Source: Nitrosopumilaceae archaeon (GTDB taxonomy: Archaea > Thermoproteota > Nitrososphaeria > Nitrososphaerales > Nitrosopumilaceae). From it: a stretch of DNA of 64,000 nt. Under the pieces are notes generated by a model. It had not been told where the DNA came from. It made no database searches and saw nothing but the letters and a program-made list of their open reading frames with translations. Made by a program: the position numbers and the translations under genes. Numbering within the stretch: position 1 is the first letter of the stretch; each line of letters opens with the position of its first letter. Below are positions 49,905-60,518 of the stretch, piece after piece. The stretch covers positions 96,001 to 160,000 of the forward strand of contig OZ242376.1 in assembly GCA_965209085.1 (NCBI GenBank). Direction: 5' to 3'.

Positions 49905-49942
49905 AATTAAACTTTAAACATAGATCAATGTTCATCTGATAC

Positions 49943-50698
49943 ATGGCTATAGGAAGCGTAGAAAACAAGCTTATTTCCGATCTAAAGAAAAAGAAATGTC
50001 TTGTATTTGTTCTAATTGATTCTGAAATTGCTAATGCCAGTGTATCCGTACGTTTGGCAAAAGATTCAGAGGCTGCAGGCGCATCTGCTATTTTGGTAGG
50101 AGGTTCTACCGCAACGGATCAGTTAGGCATGGCCGAGACCGTTAAAAAACTCAAAAAAGCGGTTAAAATTCCAATAATTCTATTCCCAGGTAACATTACA
50201 GGTGTGGTTCCGGACGCTGACGCTATTCTCTTCAGTTCCCTCTTAAACTCAGAAAATCCATACTATATCTCACAGGCACAGGTTCTTGGCGCCCCTAATG
50301 TGATTAGATACGGTCTAGAATCACTCCCTACTGCATATCTAATCATCGGAGAAGGTACAACTGCATGGTTCATAGGCAGTGCTAGGGGCATCCCATTTGA
50401 AAAATCTGGTATAGCAGCGGCGTATTCAATGGCTGCTAGATGTCTAGGAATGAGATTTGTGTACCTGGAAGCAGGATCCGGCGCATCCGAAAGCGTAAGA
50501 CCAGATATGATCAAGACGGTTCGAAAATCTTTTGACGGGTTCTTAATAGTCGGTGGAGGCATAAAGGACGTAAAAGGAGCCAAAAAAATAGCCGATGCTG
50601 GAGCTAACGCAATCGTACTTGGAACAATGCTTGAGAAAAAGAATCAAATACAAAAACTTGCAAACATTGTAAAGACGGTCAACGGTTCTAGACGGTGA
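49943..50698 (+). CDS. geranylgeranylglyceryl phosphate synthase
   Basis: LID, ILVGGS, LFPG, SLLNS.NPY, YLEAGSGA, VGGGI. Confidence 0.93.
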   Translation: MAIGSVENKLISDLKKKKCLVFVLIDSEIANASVSVRLAKDSEAAGASAILVGGSTATDQLGMAETVKKLKKAVKIPIILFPGNITGVVPDADAILFSSLLNSENPYYISQAQVLGAPNVIRYGLESLPTAYLIIGEGTTAWFIGSARGIPFEKSGIAAAYSMAARCLGMRFVYLEAGSGASESVRPDMIKTVRKSFDGFLIVGGGIKDVKGAKKIADAGANAIVLGTMLEKKNQIQKLANIVKTVNGSRR

Positions 50699-50699
50699 T

Positions 50700-53600
50700 T
50701 TGGTGGCCACTAATGCTGCAATTGAATCCATAAAGACCATCAATGCCCCTGATTATTACATCAAATATTACAGTGATTTAGCAGTCCAAACTGAGGAAAT
50801 ATACGAACATATGGCCAAGGCAAAATCCGTTCTGACCGATATCACATCATCCATTGAACCAAAAATTGCATATGATTTGGCAGACAGAGTGGCAAAAATG
50901 CACGACATAGATGATATAACCGAACCAATCAGAAGCCTGCTTGAAGATCATGGAAAAGAATCCGCCGCCATGATACTAGCAAAGGAATTGGCTCTAGGAA
51001 AATATCAGCCAAAAGATACAACCCTTGAAGATCGTCTAGATTTGGCCGTCCGGGTAGGTTTGGCCATTGTAACAGAAGGCGTTACCATTGCACCACTGCA
51101 AGGAATATCTGAAATACAGATACGTAAAAACAAAGACGGTTCAGAATATCTTTCAGTGTCCATAGCAGGTCCTATGCGTTCTGCAGGAGGTACAGAATCT
51201 GCCGTAACCATGCTTATTGCAGATTCTGTGAGAAAAACCGTAGGTCTTGGAGCTTATCAGGCAAACTCATTTGGTGATGATGAAACAGGTCGTTTTGTAG
51301 AAGAGCTTCGTACATACGAACGTCAGGCCAGTAGTTTTCAATTTCACGTACTAGACGAGGATATTGTAACTGTAATATCACATTTGCCTGTAGAAATTGA
51401 TGGACCTAGCACCGATCCGTATGATGTTATTAATCACAAGGGTATGACAAGAATAAAGACGGATCAGGTAAGAGGCGGAGCACTAAGGGTGTTAAACGAT
51501 GGTCTCATAGGCAGATCAAAAAAGCTGTTAAAACGCATAGAAAAATACGATATGGATGGCTGGGATTGGCTCAAAGATCTAAAAGGTGCGGTACAGTCCG
51601 GAGATGAAGAAGACGCCTCATCAAAACGGATGGACGAAGTCATAGTGGGCAGATCAGTTCTTTCAACCCAATATGGCAGCGGCGGTTTTAGATTGCGGTA
51701 CGGCCGTGCATGCAATACTGGTTTTACTGCAATGGGATTTCATCCTGCAATACCGGAAATTTTGGATCATACCATAACAGTTGGAACACAGGTAAAGACG
51801 GACATACCGGGAAAAGGTGCTGTGGTAGCCATGGTGGATTCAATTGAAACTCCGATTGTATTACTCAAAAACGGGGACGTGATCAAAATTCGTGATGCGT
51901 TGCATGGCAAAAAAGTGCGCAATCAAATCAAAAAAATATTATATCTGGGCGATGTTTTAATTTCATTTGGAGATTTTCTAGAAAATAATGCAAAAATGAT
52001 ACCAACTGGGTATGTTGAAGAATATTGGGTTGAAGAACTGCGGTTAAAAGACAAAGATTTAGCCATAAAATACGCGCGAACAGCCCCAACACTGGATAAT
52101 GCCCTGGATATGTGCTCCAAATTGGGAATAGCACTGCATCCAAAATACCTCCATTACTGGGATCAGATAGACAAGAATGACCTCCAAAATCTTCTCTCCC
52201 CAGTAGAATCAAATCCACAAAAGATAGTTTTTGAACAAAATGCAAAAAAAGTACTAGAAAAAATCGGCATTCCACATACAATATCACAGTCACATATAGT
52301 GTTAAAAGACGATGATGCTCGTATACTGTATCATCTTTTATACAAACACTCTGTATCCATCTCTGAAAAAGATAACGTACTTGAAACAATATCAAAATCA
52401 TCTGGTATAACATTACGCACAAAATTTTCCATTTCTGTAGGAATACGAATAGGGCGCCCTGAAAAAGCGGCACCACGAAACATGAAACCTGCCGTCCATT
52501 GTCTCTTTCCAGTAGAAAAAACAGGTGGTCCTACACGTGATATCACAAAATCCGCAAAACGCAACGATTTTTATGCTAAAATATCTGATCGTGTATGTCA
52601 ATCTTGCGGTAAAGAATCACTGGCAATCAAATGTAATAATTGTGGTGAAAAAACTTTCATACTATACAAATGTAAACGATGCAATAAAACTGCGGATGAA
52701 TCATTTTGCAAGGATTGTAATAAACCAATTTATGCATATTCAAATAAAAAATTTCCACTAAAAGATTTTCTTATAACCGCACAAAGTACAGTAAATCTTA
52801 GGGCAAAATCTCCACTTAAAGGAGTTGTTGATCTTATCAGTAAGGAAAAAATTGCAGAACCACTTGAAAAAGGATTAATTCGACAATATTATGATCTTAC
52901 CGTATTCAAGGATGGAACCATAAGATATGATGCTACCAACACACCTATTACACATTTTAGACCAAAATGGATTGGTACTAGCATTAAACATCTCAAGGAT
53001 CTAGGATACACAAAAGACTACAAAGGCAAGGATCTGATCAGTGATGATCAAACCGTGGAAATAAGAATACAGGATGTCATAATCCCCTTGGATTGTGCAA
53101 AACATCTGATTAATATCTCCAAATATGTGGACATGGAGCTTGAAAAGATCTATGACATGTCGCATTTTTACAACATTTCAACACCAGAAGATCTGTTGGG
53201 ACATCTTGTAATTGGTCTTGCACCCCATACTTCGGTTGGCATAACGGCTAGAATCATCGGATTTACTGACACTCAAACGTGTTTTGGCACTCCCAATTGG
53301 CATTCTGCAAAACGTAGGGATGCTGATGGCGACGCAGACTCGATAATGCTTTATGCTGACGCATTGTTGAATTTTTCAAGAAAATTCCTCTCTGATAAAA
53401 TTGGAGGATTGATGGATGCTCCCCTGCTTATACAACCATTAGTGCTTCCACACGAATCACAACCGCAGGCGCACAATTTGGAAGTGGTGGAAAAATTTCC
53501 CATTGAATTTTATAAAACAACGGAACTGATGCCAAAAGCATCCGATGTAAAATCCGTTACAATGGTAAAAGATCGTTTGGGAAAAAGAGAAATGTATTAC

Positions 53601-54071
53601 GGATATGATTTTACTCATGATACGTCTATCATTGCATCTTCTAAATCCCGTTCTGCATATGCAACTCTTACATCGGTACCTGCCAAACTGGATTTACAAA
53701 TAAAAAATGCTGAAATAATAAATGCAGTAGATCCAAACAAAACTGTTTCCAACATTGTCTCCACACATTTGGTTCCAGATATTATAGGAAACCTCAGAGC
53801 ATACAATAGTCAGATCTTTAGATGTACTAGCTGTGATAGAAAATACAGGCGGCCTCTACTTTCTAAAAAATGTGTATGTGGTAATACTCCAATAGGAACG
53901 ATAAGCAGAGCTGGCGTGGAAAAATATTTGGGATTTGCCATTAGATTGGTGGATAAATATGATGTAGGAATTTACCAACGTGGTAGAATACATACTTTGG
54001 CAGATGAGATTAAACTTGTTTTTGGTGAATCTTCAGGTGATCAATCACTTCTTTCAGATTTTGAAAATTAA
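50700..54071 (+). CDS. polC: DNA polymerase D large subunit (DP2)
   Basis: AGPMRSAGGT, GGFRLRYGR, RIGRPEKA, KRRDADGDAD, Zn fingers; no intein. Confidence 0.97.
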   Translation: MVATNAAIESIKTINAPDYYIKYYSDLAVQTEEIYEHMAKAKSVLTDITSSIEPKIAYDLADRVAKMHDIDDITEPIRSLLEDHGKESAAMILAKELALGKYQPKDTTLEDRLDLAVRVGLAIVTEGVTIAPLQGISEIQIRKNKDGSEYLSVSIAGPMRSAGGTESAVTMLIADSVRKTVGLGAYQANSFGDDETGRFVEELRTYERQASSFQFHVLDEDIVTVISHLPVEIDGPSTDPYDVINHKGMTRIKTDQVRGGALRVLNDGLIGRSKKLLKRIEKYDMDGWDWLKDLKGAVQSGDEEDASSKRMDEVIVGRSVLSTQYGSGGFRLRYGRACNTGFTAMGFHPAIPEILDHTITVGTQVKTDIPGKGAVVAMVDSIETPIVLLKNGDVIKIRDALHGKKVRNQIKKILYLGDVLISFGDFLENNAKMIPTGYVEEYWVEELRLKDKDLAIKYARTAPTLDNALDMCSKLGIALHPKYLHYWDQIDKNDLQNLLSPVESNPQKIVFEQNAKKVLEKIGIPHTISQSHIVLKDDDARILYHLLYKHSVSISEKDNVLETISKSSGITLRTKFSISVGIRIGRPEKAAPRNMKPAVHCLFPVEKTGGPTRDITKSAKRNDFYAKISDRVCQSCGKESLAIKCNNCGEKTFILYKCKRCNKTADESFCKDCNKPIYAYSNKKFPLKDFLITAQSTVNLRAKSPLKGVVDLISKEKIAEPLEKGLIRQYYDLTVFKDGTIRYDATNTPITHFRPKWIGTSIKHLKDLGYTKDYKGKDLISDDQTVEIRIQDVIIPLDCAKHLINISKYVDMELEKIYDMSHFYNISTPEDLLGHLVIGLAPHTSVGITARIIGFTDTQTCFGTPNWHSAKRRDADGDADSIMLYADALLNFSRKFLSDKIGGLMDAPLLIQPLVLPHESQPQAHNLEVVEKFPIEFYKTTELMPKASDVKSVTMVKDRLGKREMYYGYDFTHDTSIIASSKSRSAYATLTSVPAKLDLQIKNAEIINAVDPNKTVSNIVSTHLVPDIIGNLRAYNSQIFRCTSCDRKYRRPLLSKKCVCGNTPIGTISRAGVEKYLGFAIRLVDKYDVGIYQRGRIHTLADEIKLVFGESSGDQSLLSDFEN

Positions 54072-54074
54072 TCT

Positions 54075-55400
54075 TTAACGCAATCGAATATATTCATATC
54101 CTCCAGTTTTTTGATCAAAACAATATTTTACCTTTTGATAATCACGTCTAAATGATTTTACTTGGCGAAGTATTTTCTTTGGATCTGCATTATGTATTAT
54201 AATTTTTGCTAGAAATGAAGCAATCTCGATCATCTCAGATTCTTTCATACCAAGCCTTGTAATCTCTGCGACACCCAGTCGTATACCGCTGGGGTGAAAG
54301 TAATTGCGTCCTGCCTTGATGTCTCCTGGTATAAGTTGCCTATTTACTATAATGTTGGATTTTTCAAGTATGTGCTCTGCTTTCCCGCCATCTGAATATT
54401 CTAATACGTTTACAGCTATCTGGTGTGATTTTGTAAATCCTTTAGATTCGCCTAAAACCTTGAAACCTTGACTGCTCATTTCCTGTGCTAGAGCCTTTGC
54501 ATTTTTGATTACTTGTTTTGCATAACCTTTACCAAATTCTAACGCTTCTGTAAATGCCACTGCTTTTGCTGCCATGTGGTGTATGTGATGATTACTTGTA
54601 AGACCGGGGAACGTAGCTTTTTTAATTATTTCTGAATGTACATTTTTTGCCAAAACCAATCCGCCCTGTGGACCAAAAAGTGTTTTATGAGTGCTCATTG
54701 TTAACGTATCGGCACCTTCTCTTATTGGATCCTGAAATTCTTTACCAGCTATCAAACCCGCCACGTGAGCTGCATCATAATTTATGTGCATATCATATCC
54801 CTTTAGAAAATCTGCTAGTTCTTTTACGGGATGCGGAAATAAAAATAGTGAACCGCCAAACATGGCCATTTTTGGAAGTCGTCCTTCTTTTTTCAGAGTT
54901 TTTACTTTTTGTTTGGTTTTATCAACATCTATTGTCATCTCTTGTGCGTCAAACGGATAATACTCTATGTCAAGACCGTGCACTAGTCCTGCGGTTCCAA
55001 AATGCTCTTTTTTTCCGTGTGATATGTGACCACCTGCAGGTATGGATGCAGTAAGCATTATGTCTCCGGGATTTGTAAATCCTGAATATACTACAAGATT
55101 TGCAACCACGCCGGATATTGGTCTTACATCGGCAAATTCTGCACGAAAAAGTTTTTTTGCAAGCCTTATGCACTCAAACTCAACTTTATCTATATAGGTA
55201 CATCCTGCATAGACGCGTTCACCTGGCCAGCCTTCTGCATATCGGTTACCAAAATCGGATATCAACGCTTCTCTTACTGCTGGACTAGGCACATTTTCAC
55301 TAGCGATCAGTGGAATAGATTCAGAAAACCATTTGTTATGATCCTTTAACATTGAAAATATCTCAGAGTATGATCGCTTGTTCGCAGATTTTGTACTCAT
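54075..55400 (-). CDS. glyA: serine hydroxymethyltransferase
   Basis: LIASEN, RYAEG, DAAH, STHKT..GPQGG. Confidence 0.96.
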   Translation of the reverse strand: MSTKSANKRSYSEIFSMLKDHNKWFSESIPLIASENVPSPAVREALISDFGNRYAEGWPGERVYAGCTYIDKVEFECIRLAKKLFRAEFADVRPISGVVANLVVYSGFTNPGDIMLTASIPAGGHISHGKKEHFGTAGLVHGLDIEYYPFDAQEMTIDVDKTKQKVKTLKKEGRLPKMAMFGGSLFLFPHPVKELADFLKGYDMHINYDAAHVAGLIAGKEFQDPIREGADTLTMSTHKTLFGPQGGLVLAKNVHSEIIKKATFPGLTSNHHIHHMAAKAVAFTEALEFGKGYAKQVIKNAKALAQEMSSQGFKVLGESKGFTKSHQIAVNVLEYSDGGKAEHILEKSNIIVNRQLIPGDIKAGRNYFHPSGIRLGVAEITRLGMKESEMIEIASFLAKIIIHNADPKKILRQVKSFRRDYQKVKYCFDQKTGGYEYIRLR

Positions 55401-55506
55401 TCATTCTACATGATATAAGCTGATTTAAAACTCCTACCAATAATCACGATAAATCATGTCTCAAATTGAGCAACTGGGCAAAATATCAAGGATCGGACAA
55501 ATATTG

Positions 55507-55587
55507 GTATGAGGTCACATCATGCCTAGAATTTACGCAATAAATGAAGATGTAGGCACAAAATAGCACGAGGTGCTGACCTCATAC
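55507..55587. repeat. intact 81-bp palindromic repeat family A (empty IS110 target)
   Basis: GTATGAGGTCA...TGACCTCATAC termini, inner TGCCTA/TAGGCA stem, loop GCAATAAATGAAGATG. Confidence 0.9.
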
Positions 55588-55635
55588 AAATATTGATAAA
55601 AAACGTATAATAAGGCTATTTACCTACCTGTAAAT

Positions 55636-57315
55636 ATGAGTAATGTCCATGCAACTAAGTCAAATATGCCTGTAATCTTGCTTAAAGATGGTACAAATGA
55701 GATCAAAGGCCGTGAAGCCCAAAGAAACAACATTGCCGCATCTAGAATAATCTCCGATATTGTAAAAACCAGCTTGGGTCCTAAAGGGATGGACAAAATG
55801 CTGGTAGATTCTCTCGGTGATGTGACAATCACAAACGACGGGGCCACAATTCTTAAAGAAATAGATGTTCAGCATCCTGCAGCAAAAATGTTAGTTGAAA
55901 TTGCAAAAACCACGGATAACGAGGTAGGTGATGGTACTACTTCTGCGGTGGTTCTTGCTGGAGCATTATTAAACAACGCCGAATCTTTGATAATAAAAAA
56001 TGTACATCCTACCATTATTGTAGATGGCTACAGAAAAGCAGCTAAAAAAGTCAAACAATATCTTCAAGATATATCTGAAACCGTGACGGCAAATGATACG
56101 ATAATTCTCACAAAAATTGCCAAAACATCAATGCAGACAAAATTGGTTCAAAAAGATTCGGATATGCTGGCAGAAATTATAGTAAAAGCAATTATTTCCG
56201 TATCTGACAAAGTGGCGGATAAATTCGTAGTTGACATTGATGATATCAAAGTAGAGAAAAAAGCCGGAGGTTCAATAAAAGATTCTCATTTGATACAGGG
56301 AATAATTTTGGACAAAGAAATTGTTCACGGAGGAATGCCTAAAAAAATAACAGGAGCAAAAATAGCTCTAATTAATACTGCTTTGGAAATAAACAAAACT
56401 GAAACAGATGCAAAGATAAACATCACAAACCCACAACAAATACAATCTTTTCTTGAAGAAGAAAATCGTATGCTCAAAAACATGGTGGACAAAGTTATCG
56501 GTTCGGGTGCTAATGTTGTATTGTGTCAAAAAGGCATTGATGATATGGCACAACATTATCTGGCCAAAGCCAACATAATGGCATTAAGACGTATTAAAGA
56601 AAGTGATCTGACAAAACTTGCTAGAGCTACAGGTGCTCGCATAGTTACAAATTTGGACGATCTGTTTGAAAAAGATTTGGGAACCTCCGAAATTGTAGAA
56701 GAACGAAAGATCGAAGAAGATCGTTGGGTCTTTGTTGAAGGCTGCAAACAACCAAAATCCGTCACGTTGCTACTTAGGGCAGGTTCACAAAAAGTAGTAG
56801 ATGAAGTGGAAAGATCTGCCCATGACTCACTAATGGTGGTAAAAGATGTCATGGAATCACCGTTTATCGTGGCAGGAGGAGGAGCTCCGGAAATATATGC
56901 TTCATCAAAACTACGTAACTGGGCCAAATCACTTGAAGGCAGAGAACAGCTGGCAGTGGAAAAATTTGCCGATTCCCTTGAAGTAATTCCATTGGTTTTG
57001 GCTGAAAGTGCAGGACTTGATCCGATAGATACGATAACATCCCTTAGATCAAACCAACAAAAAGGAGAAAAATGGATTGGAATAGATGTTATGAATGGAA
57101 AAATTGGCAACATGAGTAACAGTAGCATAATTGAACCCCTAGCTGTAAAACACCAAATTGTTTCAGTAGCTGCAGAAGCTGCATGTATGATTCTCCGTAT
57201 AGACGATGTTGTCGCCACCGCAAAATCAGCTGGACCCCCTCCTTCTCCTGGAGCCGAAGGCGGAATGCCTCCTGGTATGGGAGGAATGCCTGACATGGGC
57301 GGCATGGGAATGTAA
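55636..57315 (+). CDS. thermosome (group II chaperonin) subunit
   Basis: SLGPKGMDKML, TNDGATIL, GDGTTS, GGM tail. Confidence 0.97.
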   Translation: MSNVHATKSNMPVILLKDGTNEIKGREAQRNNIAASRIISDIVKTSLGPKGMDKMLVDSLGDVTITNDGATILKEIDVQHPAAKMLVEIAKTTDNEVGDGTTSAVVLAGALLNNAESLIIKNVHPTIIVDGYRKAAKKVKQYLQDISETVTANDTIILTKIAKTSMQTKLVQKDSDMLAEIIVKAIISVSDKVADKFVVDIDDIKVEKKAGGSIKDSHLIQGIILDKEIVHGGMPKKITGAKIALINTALEINKTETDAKINITNPQQIQSFLEEENRMLKNMVDKVIGSGANVVLCQKGIDDMAQHYLAKANIMALRRIKESDLTKLARATGARIVTNLDDLFEKDLGTSEIVEERKIEEDRWVFVEGCKQPKSVTLLLRAGSQKVVDEVERSAHDSLMVVKDVMESPFIVAGGGAPEIYASSKLRNWAKSLEGREQLAVEKFADSLEVIPLVLAESAGLDPIDTITSLRSNQQKGEKWIGIDVMNGKIGNMSNSSIIEPLAVKHQIVSVAAEAACMILRIDDVVATAKSAGPPPSPGAEGGMPPGMGGMPDMGGMGM

Positions 57316-57366
57316 TGTTGTTAGATAACACTCAAAGTTTATTTGTTAATTAAAAAATGATACACC

Positions 57367-57645
57367 ATGATTGAATCTGAACGCATAAAAAAATTTGTCA
57401 CGTATGCATATCTGCTGGCGTTCTTTGCTTTCGTTGCGGGAGTTTTTAACCCACTAACCAATCCAAACGCAGATTCAGTAGCAGTTTTAATCGGTGTGGC
57501 AGTATTGATAGTGGGTCTTGTAGGAGGAATACAGCTGTATCAAGCTGTAACTATGGAACAAAACCGTATGATTCGACTCATTGGAGGATTTGGACTCATT
57601 GGAGGATCCCTTTGGGGTATATTCTGGGTAATAAACCCAAATTGA
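57367..57645 (+). CDS. small membrane protein
   Basis: Three TM helices. Confidence 0.7.
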   Translation: MIESERIKKFVTYAYLLAFFAFVAGVFNPLTNPNADSVAVLIGVAVLIVGLVGGIQLYQAVTMEQNRMIRLIGGFGLIGGSLWGIFWVINPN

Positions 57646-57646
57646 A

Positions 57647-59107
57647 TTACACGTCAAAATAGAGATAAAATTCATGTGGGTGAGGTCTGATTGATATTTC
57701 CTTTTGATCTTTGCGTTCTAGATCTATCACTTTGTCTAATACCTCGTTGGATATGACTGGCTTTAGAAATTTACGATCACTTTCAAGCTCGTCTAGTGCT
57801 TCACCAAGGTTGGCAGGTAATATTTCAATATTGCGTTTTTCTCTCTCATTTTTACTCATCTTGAATATGTCCTCCTGTACGGGTTCTTTCGGATCCATCT
57901 TTTTCCTAATTCCATCAAGTCCTGCAGCTAGAACCGCAGCGAATACAAGATATGGATTTGCTGAGGGGTCTGGAGCTCTAAACTCTAGTCTCTTTAGATA
58001 TGCGTACCCTTTTCCTTTGAAGTGTCTTGGTACACGCACAATTGCAGAACGATTACTGCCGCTCCATGCTATGTAAACCGGAGCCTCATATCCTGGCACT
58101 AGTCTGTGATATGAATTTGTAGTGGGATTGCTGATTGCACACAAAGCTTTTGCATGATCTAGTATGCCTCCACAAAAATACAGCCCAATCTGACTCAGTT
58201 CCATACTTGCATCTATATCAAAGAACGCGTTGGCATCATTCTTCCAAAGACTTACGTTTGTATGCATGCCGGAACCAGAATCCATTGATATGGGTTTTGG
58301 CATCATGGTGGCAATTTTGTTGAATTTTTTTGCAACATTTCGGATTACAAATTTGTAGGATTGTGTTGCATCTGCAGCATTGGTAAGTCCGTCATATCTT
58401 ATGTCAATTTCACATTGTCCGGCAGTAGCTACCTCGTGATGATGATTGTCACATAAAATACCAAAATTTTCATTTAAAATGTTTACACATTCATTTCTAA
58501 ACGGAGTTAGTGTATCAGAAGGAGTGCTTGGATAATATCCTTCCTGCAGACCCATGGGATATCCATTGCCTTCTTGACTCCACGGTGCTTCTACGGATTC
58601 TATCGAATACGACTGTCCTTTGTAAGGAGTAAGTACGTCCCAATGTACCTTGTCGAAAACAAAAAATTCAACTTCTGGTCCCCAGTTACTTGTATCAAAA
58701 CCTTCTTCTTGCACATATTTTTCAGCTCTTTGTGCAACTCCTCTAGGATCATTTTGTAATCTACCTCTGTCCTCTCCCCAGTATACATCGCATAACAATC
58801 TTGCCGTTTTGTTTTCTGTTAGCCAAGGAATAATTGCAAATGTGTTTGGATCCGGTTTTAGTATCAAATCCGAATCATGTATACTGGTAAATCCAACTAT
58901 GGATGAACCGTCAAGCTTTGGCAAACCATCCTTCATTTGTTCTGGAGTAAACGTATTTGCAGAGATCGTCGTATGGTGAAAACGCCCCGTAAGACTCGTA
59001 AACTGTAGATCGACAAATTTTATGTTTTCATGCTGGATTGCCGCAAATACCTCATCTGATGAGTACTTTATTGGTACCACTTTTCCGTGATTTACTCTAT
59101 AAGGCAT
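57647..59107 (-). CDS. glnA: glutamine synthetase type I
   Basis: DGSSI.GF, HHHEVA, MPKP...SGSGMH, RLVPGYEAP, LEFRAPDP. Confidence 0.97.
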   Translation of the reverse strand: MPYRVNHGKVVPIKYSSDEVFAAIQHENIKFVDLQFTSLTGRFHHTTISANTFTPEQMKDGLPKLDGSSIVGFTSIHDSDLILKPDPNTFAIIPWLTENKTARLLCDVYWGEDRGRLQNDPRGVAQRAEKYVQEEGFDTSNWGPEVEFFVFDKVHWDVLTPYKGQSYSIESVEAPWSQEGNGYPMGLQEGYYPSTPSDTLTPFRNECVNILNENFGILCDNHHHEVATAGQCEIDIRYDGLTNAADATQSYKFVIRNVAKKFNKIATMMPKPISMDSGSGMHTNVSLWKNDANAFFDIDASMELSQIGLYFCGGILDHAKALCAISNPTTNSYHRLVPGYEAPVYIAWSGSNRSAIVRVPRHFKGKGYAYLKRLEFRAPDPSANPYLVFAAVLAAGLDGIRKKMDPKEPVQEDIFKMSKNEREKRNIEILPANLGEALDELESDRKFLKPVISNEVLDKVIDLERKDQKEISIRPHPHEFYLYFDV

Positions 59108-59154
59108 ACGTATCTTTATTCAATAATATATGGCTATAATTTAAGGATTAACTG

Positions 59155-59721
59155 ATGGCAGACACAAAAATCACCATAAACTCGATCTATATGACTTTAC
59201 AGCGTGAGGCTGAGAATGATTCTATTCAGGAGCTTCCACGTAATTATTACCAGTCAGCATCAACGGTTTTAGGAACCATGGCGAAGGAAAAATATGATGG
59301 CATAGAAGGGATATTGAATACACGGTTTTTCACTATCGCATCAGAACTTGCAGCATTACTTTTGCACATAAGACTTGAAAAAGTATTAAACGATCCAAAT
59401 ACCGATAAAATAAATCTCTTAGACGTGGAAAAATTTATTCTAGATTCCAATACGGACATGAATGCCAAAAAAAACATGATTATAACTGGAGTGTTACATG
59501 GCAAATTCAAACTTCTTGAATCAATTGCCACTGCTCAGAAAACCAAACCCATGTTAATACGGTTTCTGCAGGATTCAGAACAAATTATTGGAGCAGACAT
59601 GGCAAAATACGGGCCGTTTAAGGCAGAAGATGTAGCTTCAGTTCCATATGATAACGCACAAGCATTTATTGGTCAAAAAATTGCTTCAAAAGTCATTATT
59701 GATGAAGACCAATCGAGCTGA
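59155..59721 (+). CDS. GINS complex subunit (Gins51-like)
   Basis: Helical A domain (R..K) plus B domain IIGADM..YGPF..EDVA..P..NA. Confidence 0.8.
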   Translation: MADTKITINSIYMTLQREAENDSIQELPRNYYQSASTVLGTMAKEKYDGIEGILNTRFFTIASELAALLLHIRLEKVLNDPNTDKINLLDVEKFILDSNTDMNAKKNMIITGVLHGKFKLLESIATAQKTKPMLIRFLQDSEQIIGADMAKYGPFKAEDVASVPYDNAQAFIGQKIASKVIIDEDQSS

Positions 59722-59736
59722 TGTTGCATATCTCAC

Positions 59737-60003
59737 ATTGACGTAGATGTAATTGATTTTCTTTTAATCACGATATATCCGGTCGCAGGTCTTCTTGGAA
59801 TTGAAATAATTTTTAGAATTGTAAAAGGATCTCAGTGGTTAAAATTATCAATACAAGGATTGCTCTCACTTGCTTTTGCAATTGCATATGTAGTTTTGAT
59901 TACAGCACATTGGCTCACAGCAATAGTTTTAATTGCGCTGGCTATAGCATTATTTTATCAGTCAAAAAGATCCTTGTTGCATCCTGGCAAATCTCCTTAC
60001 TAG
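59737..60003 (+). CDS. 3-TM membrane protein with apparent ATT start, missed by ORF track
   Basis: Frame (I/M)DVDVIDFLLITIYPVAG...AHWLTAIVLIALAIALFYQ...KSPY* fills the GINS-AN1 gap and overlaps the AN1 stop by 4 nt. Confidence 0.65.
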   Translation: MDVDVIDFLLITIYPVAGLLGIEIIFRIVKGSQWLKLSIQGLLSLAFAIAYVVLITAHWLTAIVLIALAIALFYQSKRSLLHPGKSPY

Positions 60004-60218
60004 TTGCGGCCAAAAATTCTACTCAAAAATCCTTTTTTTGGACCGCCGTCTCGAATTATTTTTTTTCCACCAAACTTTTTTGATCTGATTTGTGTTAATT
60101 TCACACAACGGTGATCCTCTGGCAACCTATGTTCTGTACAAAAGGGATCTTTACAGTAATTACACTCAAATGGCATATCGATCATATCTCCACAATACGC
60201 ACACGGTTTTTCAAGCAT
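60000..60218 (-). CDS. AN1-type zinc finger protein
   Basis: CAYC....MPFECNYC...FC.EHRLPE.H.C. Confidence 0.9.
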   Translation of the reverse strand: MLEKPCAYCGDMIDMPFECNYCKDPFCTEHRLPEDHRCVKLTQIRSKKFGGKKIIRDGGPKKGFLSRIFGRN

Positions 60219-60399
60219 ATGGTTTCATTTGAATAATCTGCCTATTAAACATCTAGACCATTTTGACGTATGAGGTCACGTCATGCCTAGAATTTATGCA
60301 ATAAATAGACCGTATCCATGTGAATACTTTTTAAAGGTTTCTTGCTTTTTTGTGTCATGCGGTATGGCTTTCGCTATGTGTCTGGTTCCAACCAAAAGA

Positions 60400-60515
60400 T
60401 AAAAGACATCTATCCATTCGGGATTTAATCCCACAACCATCTTCATCTACATGTTAAAGCTTACCGCAGTTATGCAGCCGGGGTAACATCCCCAAAGTCT
60501 AACCCGCGGTTTGTT
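60400..60515 (-). ncRNA. candidate bridge/seek RNA
   Basis: Two nested stem-loops holding exact matches to the target junction (60438-60446) and the element end (60495-60502); G.U pairs favour the minus strand. Confidence 0.55.
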
Positions 60516-60518
60516 GCT

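Noticed and set aside
50700-54071. Intein in DP2
   Set aside because: Normal length; catalytic region continuous
59835-60083. 82-aa ORF from the track
   Set aside because: Out-of-frame overlap with the more plausible membrane gene and the AN1 gene
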